Source of the DNA: Octopus sinensis
Taxonomy: Eukaryota
Assembly: GCF_006345805.1 (NCBI RefSeq)
Contig: NC_043008.1
Location: forward strand, 2,542,001 to 2,606,000
Direction of reading: 5' to 3'
Length of the DNA stretch: 64,000 nucleotides
This document shows, piece by piece, positions 11,857 to 24,836 of this stretch. Numbering within the stretch: the stretch's first letter is position 1; every line of letters starts with the position of its first letter. The notes under the pieces are model-generated. The model ran no database searches. It had not been told where the DNA came from and saw nothing but the letters and a program-made list of their open reading frames with translations. Position numbers and translations under genes: made by a program.

Positions 11857-11955
11857 CGACAGCCTTCTTACAGTTTCCGTCTACCAAACTCAGTCACAAG
11901 TCTTTGCTCGGCCCGAGATGTGGTTGGGAAGCAAGCCTCTTACCACACAGCTACT
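11450..11955 (-). mobile_element. SINE family A with an expanded internal (TA)n and a partly deleted 5' part
   Basis: 3' body at 11450-11560 (reverse of 2800-2885). 5' part at 11855-11955 (same family as 60947-61100). Confidence 0.7.
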
Positions 11956-13753
11956 GTGCCAGTGCGGCTGTAAGCATTTGTGAATTCAGTTCCTCTGACG
12001 AGACTAAAATATAATCGACGTTGTATCACATTTTGGTAAATACAAGGTTATTCTGTTTCACTGAGAAATATTTCAACGCAATGGATGCGGATTGCCATTA
12101 TGCTCTGTACGCTTCGTTCTTAAATGGATTGAAGGAAGTGAGTGAATGAATGCAAAGTGATATTCTATCGGTCCTCTGTTTGTTTTGATGAGAAATTCTA
12201 CAGCAAAAAAATGTTGTGTAATACATTGGAACTCGATGGATATGTTAAAAATTGGCACCTTTGTATTATTCAAATGTGTTTATTTCTAAAGGTTTTTGTA
12301 AACAAATCGGAATATATAAACGGTTTGCAATACAAAACGTCAAAAACGTAGAACTTATGAAGATACATTAATTCAATTAATGTTACCTAACCACTTGTAA
12401 TATTCTATTCCTTCTAAACAAAATAATGTTAAATTAATGAAGCCTAGTCATTCCTAACATGTTTGATTATCTCCCTTATACCGGAAAATCCCTGATTACC
12501 TACCCCTGCCTGGAACTTCAAATTTAACAACATAGCGAAGACATGACACGATATAGGTAAAGAAATTTGAGAAATATCTGTGAAATGTAAATAACCTAAA
12601 TAATGAACCTCTATATTGTCCAAGTTGTGGTACGTGACACGACTCATCGTGATACATGTAAGTCTTTTCCACTATTGAGAAAACTACCAATCCTCCGTTT
12701 CAGCTTTTCTATAACTACAACTCATATCTTTATGCTTTCCATCACCGCTGATTCTGCAGAAATACGTCAAGCTATTCCTGAACACTCTGTATATGGATGT
12801 GTGTGTATTTCTGTGTGCGTGTGTCTTTGTGTAAAAAGCATACACAAAGACAAGTGTATATTATCTTTAAATACACACATACACATGCAGCGTATCCATG
12901 TATAAAAGAATATTGGGTTTGTGAAATCAAGTGGCGATACAGATTGTTTTAAAATGAAAATGCCATATGCCAGTTAATGCACGATGCAGTATCTTAGTCC
13001 TCATGTTTCAGTATTAACTAATGTAGTTATATGTATGTATGATAAAAATATGAGACAAATATTCAGAGAAATCTGAAAAATATAATGAGAGCTAGTTATT
13101 AAGCCATCTGCTACGAAATTCAGACACGCGTGAATGAATAATGTGAAATGACAGCGTTTGTGGAAATACAAACACAAGACTACAATCAGCGAAACAAGAG
13201 CAACATGAACAGATGCGTCTGTACACACATGTATCTATGCATGTTTACATTCAAAGAAAACATCAAAATTAAAAACGAGTAAATGAAACAAATAAAAAAA
13301 CGCGCTCTCTGCCGTAATATGCAAAAGAAAACACGAATAAATGCTTACAGAGCAATACCACTGCCATTGAAATTCTCAATGAGATGGGGGAAACGGGGAT
13401 TGAGTGACAGCGGGAAATAGAAAATTATTAGTAGGAAACAATATGTAGAACGAAGTGACATTTTGAAACACAAATCATCGCGAAATCGAATATATTGGAG
13501 TGGATTTTGTCGACTTGTACATCGACAGGATGCAATGATTAATCTTGTGTTGGATTAATTAACTACGGATTTAACAGAAAGCAACAGAAAATACAACTAC
13601 AAAAACAAAAGGAAAACGGTCAGATGTATTAAGATAGCATTGCATGCACGTTTCTCACAGCAATTTAGTAAACTTCGTACGTTTCAGCTGAAAACACACA
13701 CACACAAACACAAACACACACTTACTGATGCACATATATATATATATATATAA

Positions 13754-13803
<50 letters not shown>

Positions 13804-13810
13804 GTGTACG

Positions 13811-13849
<39 letters not shown>

Positions 13850-13857
13850 TATATATA

Positions 13858-14150
13858 AATGAAATATGAGTCTACAACTGATAATAATATGACTAATTCC
13901 ATGGAAAATAAAAAGCTGTAATTGTGGAGACCCTGAAAATGCAATCAGAAGAAAATGCGCCGCATACCAGAAGAGGATAATAATTCGGAATACGAGCATT
14001 TTTTTAATATAGGGTCAACGGAGAACTAGGTTAAATTTAGAATAGACAATCACGAACCGACATTTAGGGACAAAGAAATAAAATGAATAGTACAGGATTA
14101 TCAAGAAACATATGGCAACAGAAATTCAATAAAGTTATCAACACAATTAG
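13858..14150 (+). pseudogene. Second, more decayed PLE GIY-YIG remnant
   Basis: Across frames: SCNCGDPEN, IGSTEN*VKFRIDNH, NSTGLSRNIWQ. Begins at the end of a (TA)n tract. Confidence 0.6.
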
Positions 14151-14202
14151 ATGTAACATTTTTATGAAACGCACCAAGTTACAAAGTTACAAAGTTATTT
14201 AG

Positions 14203-14430
14203 GGCGGCAAGCTGGCAGAATCGTTAGCACTCCGGACAAATTGCTTAGCAGTATTTCGCCTGCCGTTACGTTCTGAGATCAATTTCCGCTTAGGTAGACT
14301 CTGCCTTTCATCATTTCGGGGTCGATAAATTAAGTACCAGTTGCGCACTGGGGTCGATGTAATCGACGTAATCCCTTTGTCTGTCTTTGTTTGTTCCCTC
14401 TACGTTTAGCCCCCTGTGGGCAATAAAGAT
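14203..14430 (+). mobile_element. tRNA-derived SINE family B, full length
   Basis: ggcggcaagctggcagaatcgttagc...ggggtcgataaattaagtaccagttgcgcactggggtcgatg...gccccctgtgggcaataaag. Multiple copies in the window. Confidence 0.85.
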
Positions 14431-15065
14431 ATATATATTTATATGCATATAAAAGAGTACATAGGCAGAGTATTTATACGTATATCCAAGAGTATATAGA
14501 TGAAGTGTACGTAGGCAGAAGAAAATTAGGCAAAATCCTGCCAATGCTATGAATGGAGCCACCAAGAAAGACAGAACATTGATGGTTAAAAATGGTTATA
14601 GTCTCCTTCTATGAAAAATATTTATTCTTAAATTATCTTTCGCGATTACCTAGTATAAATATAAAAAGGCGGCATGGTATAAAGTTATTGGATTATATCG
14701 TTTAGGAATTTCCTTAAGTTTCTCTATTTTATAAAAGATAATATATTAACGAATATGTACTACTATATCTTTATTTCTTGATTGGCCTGTTTTTTGAGAG
14801 AGTGGGCAGCTATTGAATTTATTTTTATTAAATAATACATACAGATACAGCGTTGATGAATGACTTTTACAGAAACCACAAGTACTTAATATCCAAACGT
14901 AAGAAATGAATAGAAAAATTTCTTTAGAAATGTATTCAATCCATTGATGAAAGATAAGTTGATAACTCATGTGTATATACATATACATATACGCACATAT
15001 ACATATAGATGTATATATATATATCGTCAGTAAATTTATAAATGCGAAAGAGATTATATATATAT

Positions 15066-15098
<33 letters not shown>

Positions 15099-15849
15099 TA
15101 TTGCTTGATAAAATAACAATGTTCATCCGCTTACTTATAAAGTATGGAAAAACTGGAGATAAAGCGTTTTATTTTCAATGCAAGTTATTAGAAGTGAAGA
15201 CGTAAGTTTATTCCTGAAAAACTATGCTCATACGTATTATAGATAATTATTTTTTGTTGCCATATTCTTTTGATAACTTCATTTATGAATGTTAGCTGTA
15301 TCGTATATTTTGCCAATCCCCGTGAATGTGTAAATATTTACGAGTGAAACATGCCAATGATTTTAGCAGAGATAAAGAAAGTGTAAAAGTTTTGAAGAAT
15401 GTTCAGTAAGGTGTTGGATAAAGAAGTGCAACAATGTGAATTGGAAGAATTTTTCAGTAGTAGCTATTTCATTAGTTCTACAACGAATGAGTTATTTACA
15501 AATGGTTAATTAAGGAGGCTACTGAAATAATGATTTATGGTTTTGCTTCTCACTACATTTGTAATGTTTCAATCACTGAAACCTATGAATGTTTGCAAAT
15601 GTTATTTCAGCTTCTATTTAGTGGAGAAAGAAAAGATAACAGAAACGAAAAGAAGGAAAACTTAGAACAATTGAGAAGGGAAACGCAGGAGTATGCTAAT
15701 ACTCTCATAAGTAATTGTTTTCTGGGTAGCTTCTGACAATCTCTGGAGAGGCTTTAATATATGTGCTAATTGAAGAAAGAGGCTATGAAATTAAATTAAG
15801 TGTAATTAGCTGACACAATTTCTAGTTGTCAGAGATCCACATTCATAAC

Positions 15850-16604
15850 ACATGAGTTATCCCCATTATAGGTGACAGTTTTATAATATCAGGAGAAGCC
15901 TTTCAGCGGAGTTTTATATGTTTACTGATGAAGACCTTTCACTTGCGCTTCCCAATGTTGTATTTATATGCCACGTTAAGTAGTCAAAACGAAACCTAAA
16001 TGCAATATTTGCCCGTGGCTGTCGTCCACTTTTTAAGAGGTAGAAAATAAGACCATTTTTATTTTTTGTATATTCAAACTTTTCTGTTCACCTGTTTATT
16101 CTCTTGGAATATCAACCAAATCTTCGACAAATAACTTCATTTTGTGTTTGAAAAAGAAACCACATATTGGATGAAGTACTAAATAACAACAATACAAATA
16201 ATCAGACCCCGATGCTAATTCAAATAGATGCTGGACTTGATTGACCCTGCTCTCATTATCGACACAATTTCTCTACTAAAATCTTAAATTTACAACTTCA
16301 TTCTGTGAATTACTGTTGTATACCCAGAGTTCATCTCTGTCCTTGCAATTACAACTTCAAAATTTTACATAATGGATAGTTTTGACAATACATTTTCGGG
16401 AAGTTTATATCTTCTAAAAGTCTCCTTTTCCACCAAACTTGTTTATTTCCTCATCCAACCGTCGATGTTCTGTTCTCAGTAGTTCCCAATCTGTTTTGCC
16501 ATAGTCCTACCTGCAGCCTTCATGAGATCGTTTGTTTGTTTGATGTTCTTTGTTTCCATGCGTCGCAATACATTATTTACCTTACTAGTCTCTTTATTTA
16601 ATGA
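15850..16604 (-). pseudogene. R4/Dong-like non-LTR retrotransposon remnant (N-terminal region towards the RT)
   Basis: ETSKVNNVLRRMETKNIKQTNDLMKAAGRTMAKQIG and KQVWWKRRLLEDI motifs. Left boundary approximate. Confidence 0.55.
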
Positions 16605-17153
16605 GTGAGAGTGCAGTGCATGCCATCAAAGTGACACTGGGGGAAAATATACGAAGCCCAATATGCACATCATGACACCCCGACTGATAAGGGTACATCA
16701 GGAGCATGAATTATAAACATATGTGTGCGCCATGCTGTCATCATATCAAGATATGTAGCACATGATATTGCAGGTGGGGGTCTAGTTAGAATTTTCTTTG
16801 GGCCGAGTAGCCCATCCCGGCCAAGAGGTCCCTGACTAACGGTTTTTTAAGGATCATTAAAGAAACACCAGTTTCCAGAAGTGAATTATTCAAATCCCAA
16901 AGAATCCCTCTCAACACATGGCTATGATGCTCCACCACTATTTCTGCTCGTGATCAGAGATGCACATATCGTCAGCCACTAAGGGGCATGCTCAGCTAGT
17001 TAAGGTCAAACAACTGACAAGCAAATCTGTGGAATTGAGCAAAATATTTGCTGTAGGCCGTCTTTTATACCAAGACAAAACAATGTACATAAAACGTCCA
17101 AACAGTGAAGATCAGAAGCGATGACAACCAGTGCCCGGTACTGCATCAGGGCA
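16605..17153 (-). mobile_element. About 550-bp non-coding interspersed element abutting (ATT)n
   Basis: GC-richer block with sharp boundaries, from tgccctgatgcagtacc to gcactctcactc, lying between the R4-like remnant and the (ATT)n tract. Classification is inferred. Confidence 0.45.
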
Positions 17154-17154
17154 T

Positions 17155-17159
17155 TATAA

Positions 17160-17238
<79 letters not shown>

Positions 17239-17450
17239 TCAGTAGTTTTATTTTTATAGCGTGCTTTCACTTCACTACCGAGTGCAGCTCTGTGTGCCTT
17301 GGGTATGTGTTGTGATTTGTTGTGATGCTCTGATGGTTATTGTATGGAAAGTGTTCTGCGTAGGATGTGTGCAGTGCCTAGTAGTGCAATTTTCTGTATG
17401 TTATATGTGTTTGTAAGTCCTGGTGGTTTTGTTATGTATTAGTCTGAATA

Positions 17451-17517
<67 letters not shown>

Positions 17518-17522
17518 AATTA

Positions 17523-17554
<32 letters not shown>

Positions 17555-17595
17555 AAATTATTTTTTTATTATTATTATTATTATTATTAAAATTA

Positions 17596-17689
<94 letters not shown>

Positions 17690-17695
17690 TACTTC
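17155..17695. repeat. (ATT)n microsatellite interrupted by a LINE 3' end
   Basis: Direct trinucleotide repeats at 17155-17239 and 17451-17695. Confidence 0.95.
17240..17450 (-). mobile_element. 3' end of an R4/Dong-like non-LTR element with (AAT)n tail
   Basis: YITKPPGLTNTYNIQKIALLGTAHILRRTLSIQ*, then an about 100-nt 3' UTR running into (AAT)n. Confidence 0.75.
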
Positions 17696-17699
17696 TAAT

Positions 17700-18691
17700 C
17701 TGCATGTTTGCTATAATGCACACCCATTCTACATTCTAATTTCCTGATTTTTCACCATGATTCTGTCTTAACTGGATGTTGATTTATTATAGTAGATCAA
17801 GCATATCCTTCTCTTCCACCAAGTCTCTTATCCTACGTTTCGTCTTTTACTGCTTTTTTCGAGGCCTACTTTCTTTCCTTAAAAAGAGATACAAGTTTTG
17901 ATCAATTTATTCTTTCCAGGTATATTACTTGTCTTAATTTATTTCGGTTTCTTATTCAGCTTCTGATTTCATCCCATAGCAACTTTCTATCAAGTTTCTT
18001 GAATCCATTTATTTCCAAGTCCAGATTTTTGTCCACAATAATACCAGTGATGCATCCGATCATTCCTTTCCTCTTGTCGCTCAGTCCTCTGATATTTTCA
18101 AAACTTAAACCACCATTCTCTAGGACATCTTGATTCAATTCAACATTCACAGCATTCTCTGTAGCGACTTCACCTTCGCTCACCGCGATTCCATCGTCAC
18201 CCTCTTCTTAATCTCATGAAACTTTAATTCCTTTACTTCTTATTTTACTTGCATGATTTCAGTTTTTCTTCATAATGCCTAAGCCGTGAATCTCAATCTA
18301 AATAACGTGCATTAACTTTCTATGCATTTTATAGTCTTCCCTTCATCATCAACGGATCTGCTCAAAAATAACATTCCATGACAGCTATATGCATCGCTTT
18401 GGACCATTTTGTTCTGGACGCTACCAAATAAAGATCGGACTTGTGTTGTACATACACAGGGCAACCGCTACTAAGAATGTGTGGGGCAACTTGACGATCC
18501 ACCCACCACACGCGATAGACTGGCGGTTGCACGGCGCGAAAGCTACGTTGTTATCTTCATTCCGTAAACGGTGGCTTTTATCGGGTGGAGAGTTGAACCA
18601 TCCTGGAGTACAGAGGATTCGCAATCTAGACTAGGGTCTGAAAGTTTACCACACCATAGTGGGTTACACTATGGTTCCTCTGCTTTGTGGC
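17700..18691 (-). pseudogene. 5' UTR and decayed N-terminal ORF of an R4/Dong-like element
   Basis: WSKAMHIAVMECYFLSRSVDDEGK (about 18430-18350), NLDLEINGFKKLDRKLL, and GKKVGL..ETWWKRRI across frames. Confidence 0.65.
18610..18691 (-). ncRNA. Candidate atypical HDV-like ribozyme fold
   Basis: P1 GCCACA/TGTGGT with G.U at +1, P2 GCAGAGGA/TCCTCTGT, P4 agac-ccta-gtct, J4/2 GCGAA. Deviations: the P3 region is a 9-bp stem and there is no GG for P1.1. Confidence 0.35.
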
Positions 18692-19060
18692 AGAAGTAGG
18701 AAGAAAGAGTGAAAGTTGTGGTGAAAAATTACAGCGGGGTGGTCTTATGTGTGGAGGTGGTCTTATTGTTCCATTCATGTTTTCTCTTGAAACTCATTAT
18801 GTGTACTGCTATGCGTGTAGCGTTTGAGATCTGTTTAAATGCTGTGTCAGTACTATGCAACCCCGAGAGACAAATGACGAAATAGAAGCACCTTTCACTA
18901 TAGCTAGTACTAAATTGCAACAGGTTTTAGAACAATACACTATAAGTCGGGGTGGTAGAGAGGCACAGCAACTCGAGAAGATGTACTGCGCACGCTCATA
19001 CAGTGCACAAAATATAGGGACGTTGTGTGGCTCCCCACGCATAAGTCCGGCAGAATATCG

Positions 19061-19104
19061 ATGGACAGCCTGCCGGCCTACATCCGATCGGTGCGACCTA
19101 AGAG
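19061..19104 (+). CDS. Candidate short exon (MDSLPAYIRSVRPK) in a CpG-rich patch
   Basis: ATG at 19061 and strong donor AG|GTGAGT at 19105. No recognised homology. Confidence 0.2.
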
Positions 19105-20043
19105 GTGAGTGTACGCCATTCCAGGTCCGACAGCAATTTCTTAGGGCTGTCTACAGATGGATTGCTGAAAGTTCAAGAATATGCAACCAGTAGCGTAGGT
19201 GTATAAGTATGTATGTGTGAAAAGATGAACGCTGGCGAAACACGGCTATATGAAGCGAATGTATAAACAATGAAGCTATAACTGAAGACAAGCTTTTCTT
19301 TTTCACTAAGAATACTTATAGCACTTCGTTATATTACTTTCAATAAGTCGGTCCTGCGTTTCATAAAAACGTCGTGCATTTTGTAAAACTTTCTATTCGG
19401 GGCGAAACACATTTTACTGTGCATAATGAATTGGCTAATTTATATTTTTGTGTTTCAGGGCAAATATTTCGAAAGAGAAAGCAATACGTTATTTTCTTTT
19501 AATTGTTTTATATATTTATAAGTTAAAATATTATCATTCCAAAATTTATGCAATTGTTCCCGTCTGTATAATGCGTAGCTGTCGTTTAAATAGATAATGT
19601 GTTTTTAGAGGCATTTTATGAAGAAGCGAGCGGCTTAATATTTCAGAATTCAAACAAAGAAAATGGCCGATATTGACATTAAATTGCGAGAGATGACAAT
19701 TGTTCATTAGCACTGTATGATTAATTAAATTCTTTTAAGTAAAATATGACAATTTATTCAATTTAATTAACATGAGTTATGCCACCGGTATAATTGTAAA
19801 TTAGTGAATCCCAACATCAAGTTCATTCCATTACGATGTCCAAGAAAATTGCTTGAATTTTATTTAGGGAAAATGCAAATATTCTCCAATTCTATTCATC
19901 TGCTGTAAAACGCAGACTGATAAACTGATTGAACATGACATGAGGATAGTATGACTACTTGGTCATAGATTCCTCGTGTCACGTTCCGTAATAACGAAGA
20001 CCTACAGCAGACATGAATGTACATACACACACACACACACACG

Positions 20044-20142
<99 letters not shown>

Positions 20143-20180
20143 GCGTAAATATATGATTATGCATATATGTAGATATTATA

Positions 20181-20211
<31 letters not shown>

Positions 20212-20255
20212 GCGTAAATATATGATTATGCATATATGTAGATATTATATATATG

Positions 20256-20287
<32 letters not shown>

Positions 20288-20297
20288 ATATATATAT

Positions 20298-21176
20298 AAA
20301 ACAATATGCTGCTGAACGAGGATAAATTTGAGTTAATCCACTTTGGAAAAGAGGATGCCCTGAAACTCCCATACTCCCTTCCTTCAGGTGAAACTCTCGC
20401 GGCGTCCAACAACATCAGAGACTTGGAGTAATTGTGGACAACAACATAAGCTGGGCCACTCATATAAACACCAAAGTTGACATGGCCCGCAGAATGTGTT
20501 CCTGGATTCTCAGAACTTTCCAGTCGAGATATATCCACACCATTATCCTTCTCTTCTCCACTTTTGCCCGACCCCACCTTGAATACTGTTGTCCACTGTG
20601 GTCTCCCCACACAATACAAGGTATCAAAAAAGTTGAAGCACCTCAAAGGGCAATCACAAAAAAGATAGATGGCATGACAGGCCTCGACTATTGGGGTCGA
20701 CTAGAAAAGCTAAAACGTTATTCTCTCCAACGTCGTCGTGAGCGCTACATCATCTACATGATGTGCAAAATATACCATCAGCATTGCCCAAATGATGTTG
20801 GCATCACCTTTAAGGTACATCCAAGGCTTGGGCCCCGTGCCATCCGCCCAAAACAAAAATCGCACTCTCATCTCATAACAACAATACGGCACAATTATTT
20901 CACCTCAATTGGCCCCGCTCTCTTTAACAGTACGCCAAAACACATTAAAACAGAAACTGACCCTATAGGGTTCAAGAAGTCTTTGGACAGATTCCTTCAA
21001 CAAATCCCGGATAAACCCCCTACACCAGGATATGTCTCTGTAACCAATAACTCTCTACTTGAGTGGGCCATAGTGCCCAAATTCTGACTTGAAAGACTTC
21101 ACCAGGTGGTGCTATTAAGTTAGACATGGCCTGGGCCAATAATGGCCGAAACCTATCAAAGTATCAAAGTATCAAA

Positions 21177-21180
<4 letters not shown>
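20298..21180 (+). mobile_element. 5'-truncated CR1-group LINE: RT C-terminal region, 3' UTR and (AAAGTATC)n tail
   Basis: Open frame with RPHLEYCCPLWSPH and LYSLQRRRERY-type motifs (ORF 20434-21087). Clearly the same family as 61212-63838. Confidence 0.9.
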
Positions 21181-21231
<51 letters not shown>

Positions 21232-21295
21232 ATATATATATATATGTATGTATGTATATATATATATATATATATAATATATATATATAGATATA

Positions 21296-21336
<41 letters not shown>

Positions 21337-21442
21337 GCGTAAATATATGATTATGCATATATGTAGATATTATATATATGTATATATATATATACATATA
21401 TATATATATGCGTACATATATTATTATGTATATATGTACATA

Positions 21443-21500
<58 letters not shown>

Positions 21501-21597
21501 GTTAATCCAAACACGAAGGCACAACAAACACAACAACGCGAGGACGTGGAATACATATAGTATTATTGGATGCTCAGGAAAGAACGAAAGAAGGAGG

Positions 21598-21632
21598 GTT
21601 TAACGTTTCGAGAGGCGCTCTTCGTCGGAAAG
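21598..21632 (-). ncRNA. Degenerate minimal (dimer-type) hammerhead remnant
   Basis: ttt-CCGACGA-a gag cgcct ctc-GAAAC-GTT^aaa. Palindromic AACGTT stem III. U4 is replaced by C. Confidence 0.35.
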
Positions 21633-21681
21633 ATCCAGAGAAGCGAAGACAGTGGAAACAATATATATGCATGTATATATA

Positions 21682-21836
<155 letters not shown>

Positions 21837-22757
21837 ATATATATATATATATGCGTACATATATGATTATGCATATATGTACATATGTATCTCTCAGTAA
21901 TATTGTTGCAAAGCATAAAAAAATTAACGGAACATGCAGACGTGCCATTCGCAGACATCGTGTGTCTTTCTATAGTACTGACAAGTAAAGAGCTACTAAT
22001 AAGCCACGGACAATTGAGAAACAAATGTTATATGCACAGGCATATGTGTATAGACATATAGACTTATGTAAAGTATGATCGTAACAATATTTGGTTCAAT
22101 CAGCTATAGAATTCCAATTCGACCAGTATAAAAACATACTAATCATGTAGTGACAGGGTCGATTGATATTCCTACCATGCCTGCTAGATATAAATTGAAT
22201 TACGATAGGAGAATATGGTCGTAACACAACTGTTGATTGAGCGGAAATGACTGATAATGTCTGAAAAGCTTAAATTACATTTGCCGTGGTTGCAGACGGT
22301 CAGGTGGTTGCACTATGACGTCAATCGTTATACATAAATCGCCATGATCACCGGTGTTTAATTTCAAAATTACGAAACCGTGCATGAATCAGAAATTGAA
22401 ATAAATTGTTTTGATATTATTGTAGTTGTGGTTATGGAAGATTCCCAGAATGTTAACCCTCATCTATTGGGCTCAGGCCAAAAGGCGTTCTACTATCCAA
22501 CATCAAGTGAGTGGAATTAAAAAACAAAATAATAAACTTAGTATTTTTATATGAACTATTTAGTGCATGCGTATCTCATTATCACCCTCTCTCTCGTTTT
22601 TATTTTTCCTTTTACACATGCATACGCATATATAGGTATACGTGTTGGCGAATGCATATATTTATGTGGGCATATACATATGCAACTCTGTACGCGCGGG
22701 TATGTATATACCGATATATATATATATAATATCTATATATATATATATATATATGTA

Positions 22758-22796
<39 letters not shown>

Positions 22797-22925
22797 ATAT
22801 TGTATAAAGGGCATTATTACACATAAATGCCTCACACTAGGAGGGACAAAGTCATTACTACCAAAAATTATACTAATCATACCCAAATGCAGTTTTTCAA
22901 AGCAAGACATTTAAAAATGAATTAT

Positions 22926-22981
22926 GTTCTGTATCACCGTGATTTCACATACAACTTGCGTCTAATGATCGTCAGCAGAAC
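22926..22981 (-). ncRNA. Type I hammerhead ribozyme, array 2 left block (also 23403-23458, 23876-23931, 24347-24402)
   Basis: gttctg-CTGACGA-tcattagac GCAA gttgtatgt-GAAA-tcac g gtg-ATA^cagaac. 6-bp stem I extended by gaat/attc, GNRA loop II, AUA triplet. Confidence 0.8.
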
Positions 22982-24780
22982 TGATTCTGAATACATCATA
23001 AATAAACCAACCTTATGTAGCGAAGACGAACAGACAACTGTTCACTCCGGCCAAGCACATGGAATGTTTATAAATCATATATCCGGTAAATGGCGGGCTT
23101 TATACGAACTGCATGTCGGGTAATGAAAAGTATTTCGGAATAAGTTTAACAATTAAGGATAATCTCTTAATAAGGGATCTTAACAAGAAATTATCGGGTA
23201 GCTAGCGTGAAAACCTCATAAAAGAAAAGAATCCGAAAATAATTTTTTTCTTTTGAACAAATTAATTATATCTATATTGTATAAAGGGCATTATTACACA
23301 TAAATGCCTCACACTAGGAGGGACAAAGTCATTACTACCAAAAATTATACTAATCATACCCAAATGCAGTTTTTCAAAGCAAGACATTTAAAAATGAATT
23401 ATGTTCTGTATCACCGTGATTTCACATACAACTTGCGTCTAATGATCGTCAGCAGAACTGATTCTGAATACATCATAAATAAACCAACCTTATGTAGCGA
23501 AGACGAACAGACAACTGTTCACTCCGGCCAAGCACATGGAATGTTTATAAATCATATATCCGGTAAATGGCGGGCTTTATACGAACTGCATGTCGGGTAA
23601 TGAAAAGTATTTCGGAATAAGTTTAACAATTAAGGATAATCTCTTAATAAGGGATCTTAACAAGAAATTATCGGGTAGCTAGCGTGAAAACCTCATAAAA
23701 AAAGAATCCGAAAATAATTTTTTTCTTTTGAACAAATTAATTATATCTATATTGTATAAGGGCATTATTACACATAAATGCCTCACACTAGGAGGGACAA
23801 AGTCATTACTACCAAAAATTATACTAATCATACCCAATGCAGTTTTTCAAAGCAAGACATTTAAAAATGAATTATGTTCTGTATCACCGTGATTTCACAT
23901 ACAACTTGCGTCTAATGATCGTCAGCAGAACTGATTCTGAATACATCATAAATAAACCAACCTTATGTAGCGAAGACGAACAGACAACTGTTCACTCCGG
24001 CCAAGCACATGGAATGTTTATAAATCATATATCCGGTAAATGGCGGGCTTTATACGAACTGCATGTCGGGTAATGAAAAGTATTTCGGAATAAGTTTAAC
24101 AATTAAGGATAATCTCTTAATAAGGGATCTTAACAAGAATTATCGGGTAGCTAGCGTGAAAACCTCATAAAAAAAGAATCCGAAAATATTTTTTTCTTTT
24201 GAACAAATTATTATATCTATATTGTATAAAGGGCATTATTACACATAAATGCCTCACACTAGGAGGGACAAAGTCATTACTACCAAAAATTATACTAATC
24301 ATACCCAATGCAGTTTTTCAAAGCAAGACATTTAAAAATGAATTATGTTCTGTATCACCGTGATTTCACATACAACTTGCGTCTAATGATCGTCAGCAGA
24401 ACTGATTCTGAATACATCATAAATAAACCAACCTTATGTAGCGAAGACGAACAGACAACTGTTCACTCCGGCCAAGCACATGGAATGTTTATAAATCATA
24501 TATCCGGTAAATGGCGGGCTTTATACGAACTGCATGTCGGGTAATGAAAAGTATTTCGGAATAAGTTTAACAATTAAGGATAATCTCTTAATAAGGGATC
24601 TTAACAAGAAATTATCGGGTAGCTAGCGTGAAAACCTCATAAAAGAAAAGAATCCGAAAATAATTTTTTTCTTTTGAACAAATTAATTATATCTATATTG
24701 TATAAAGGGCATTATTACACATAAATGCCTCACACTAGGAGGGACATAAGGTTGGTTTATTTATGATGTATTCAGAATCA

Positions 24781-24836
24781 GTTCTGCTGACGATCATTAG
24801 ACGCAAGTTGTATGTGAAATCACGGTGATACAGAAC
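24781..24836 (+). ncRNA. Type I hammerhead ribozyme, array 2 right block (also about 25257-25315, about 25733-25790, 26198-26253, 27139-27194; 26668-26722 lacks the core U)
   Basis: Same fold, read directly on the + strand: gttctgCTGACGAtcattagacgcaagttgtatgtGAAAtcacggtgATAcagaac. Confidence 0.8.

Noticed and set aside
16900-16985. CTGACGA...GAAA on the minus strand of the 550-bp element
   Set aside because: No NUH triplet placed to form stems I and III; the pairing is a plain hairpin.
21880-22030. Weak Penelope-like linker peptide ([13 protein letters not shown])
   Set aside because: Too short and divergent to support.
22827-23123. Repeated 98-aa ORF (MPHTRRDKV...) in array 2
   Set aside because: Antisense to the ribozyme strand, no recognisable motif, and broken by indels in several copies. 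Most likely an incidental open frame.
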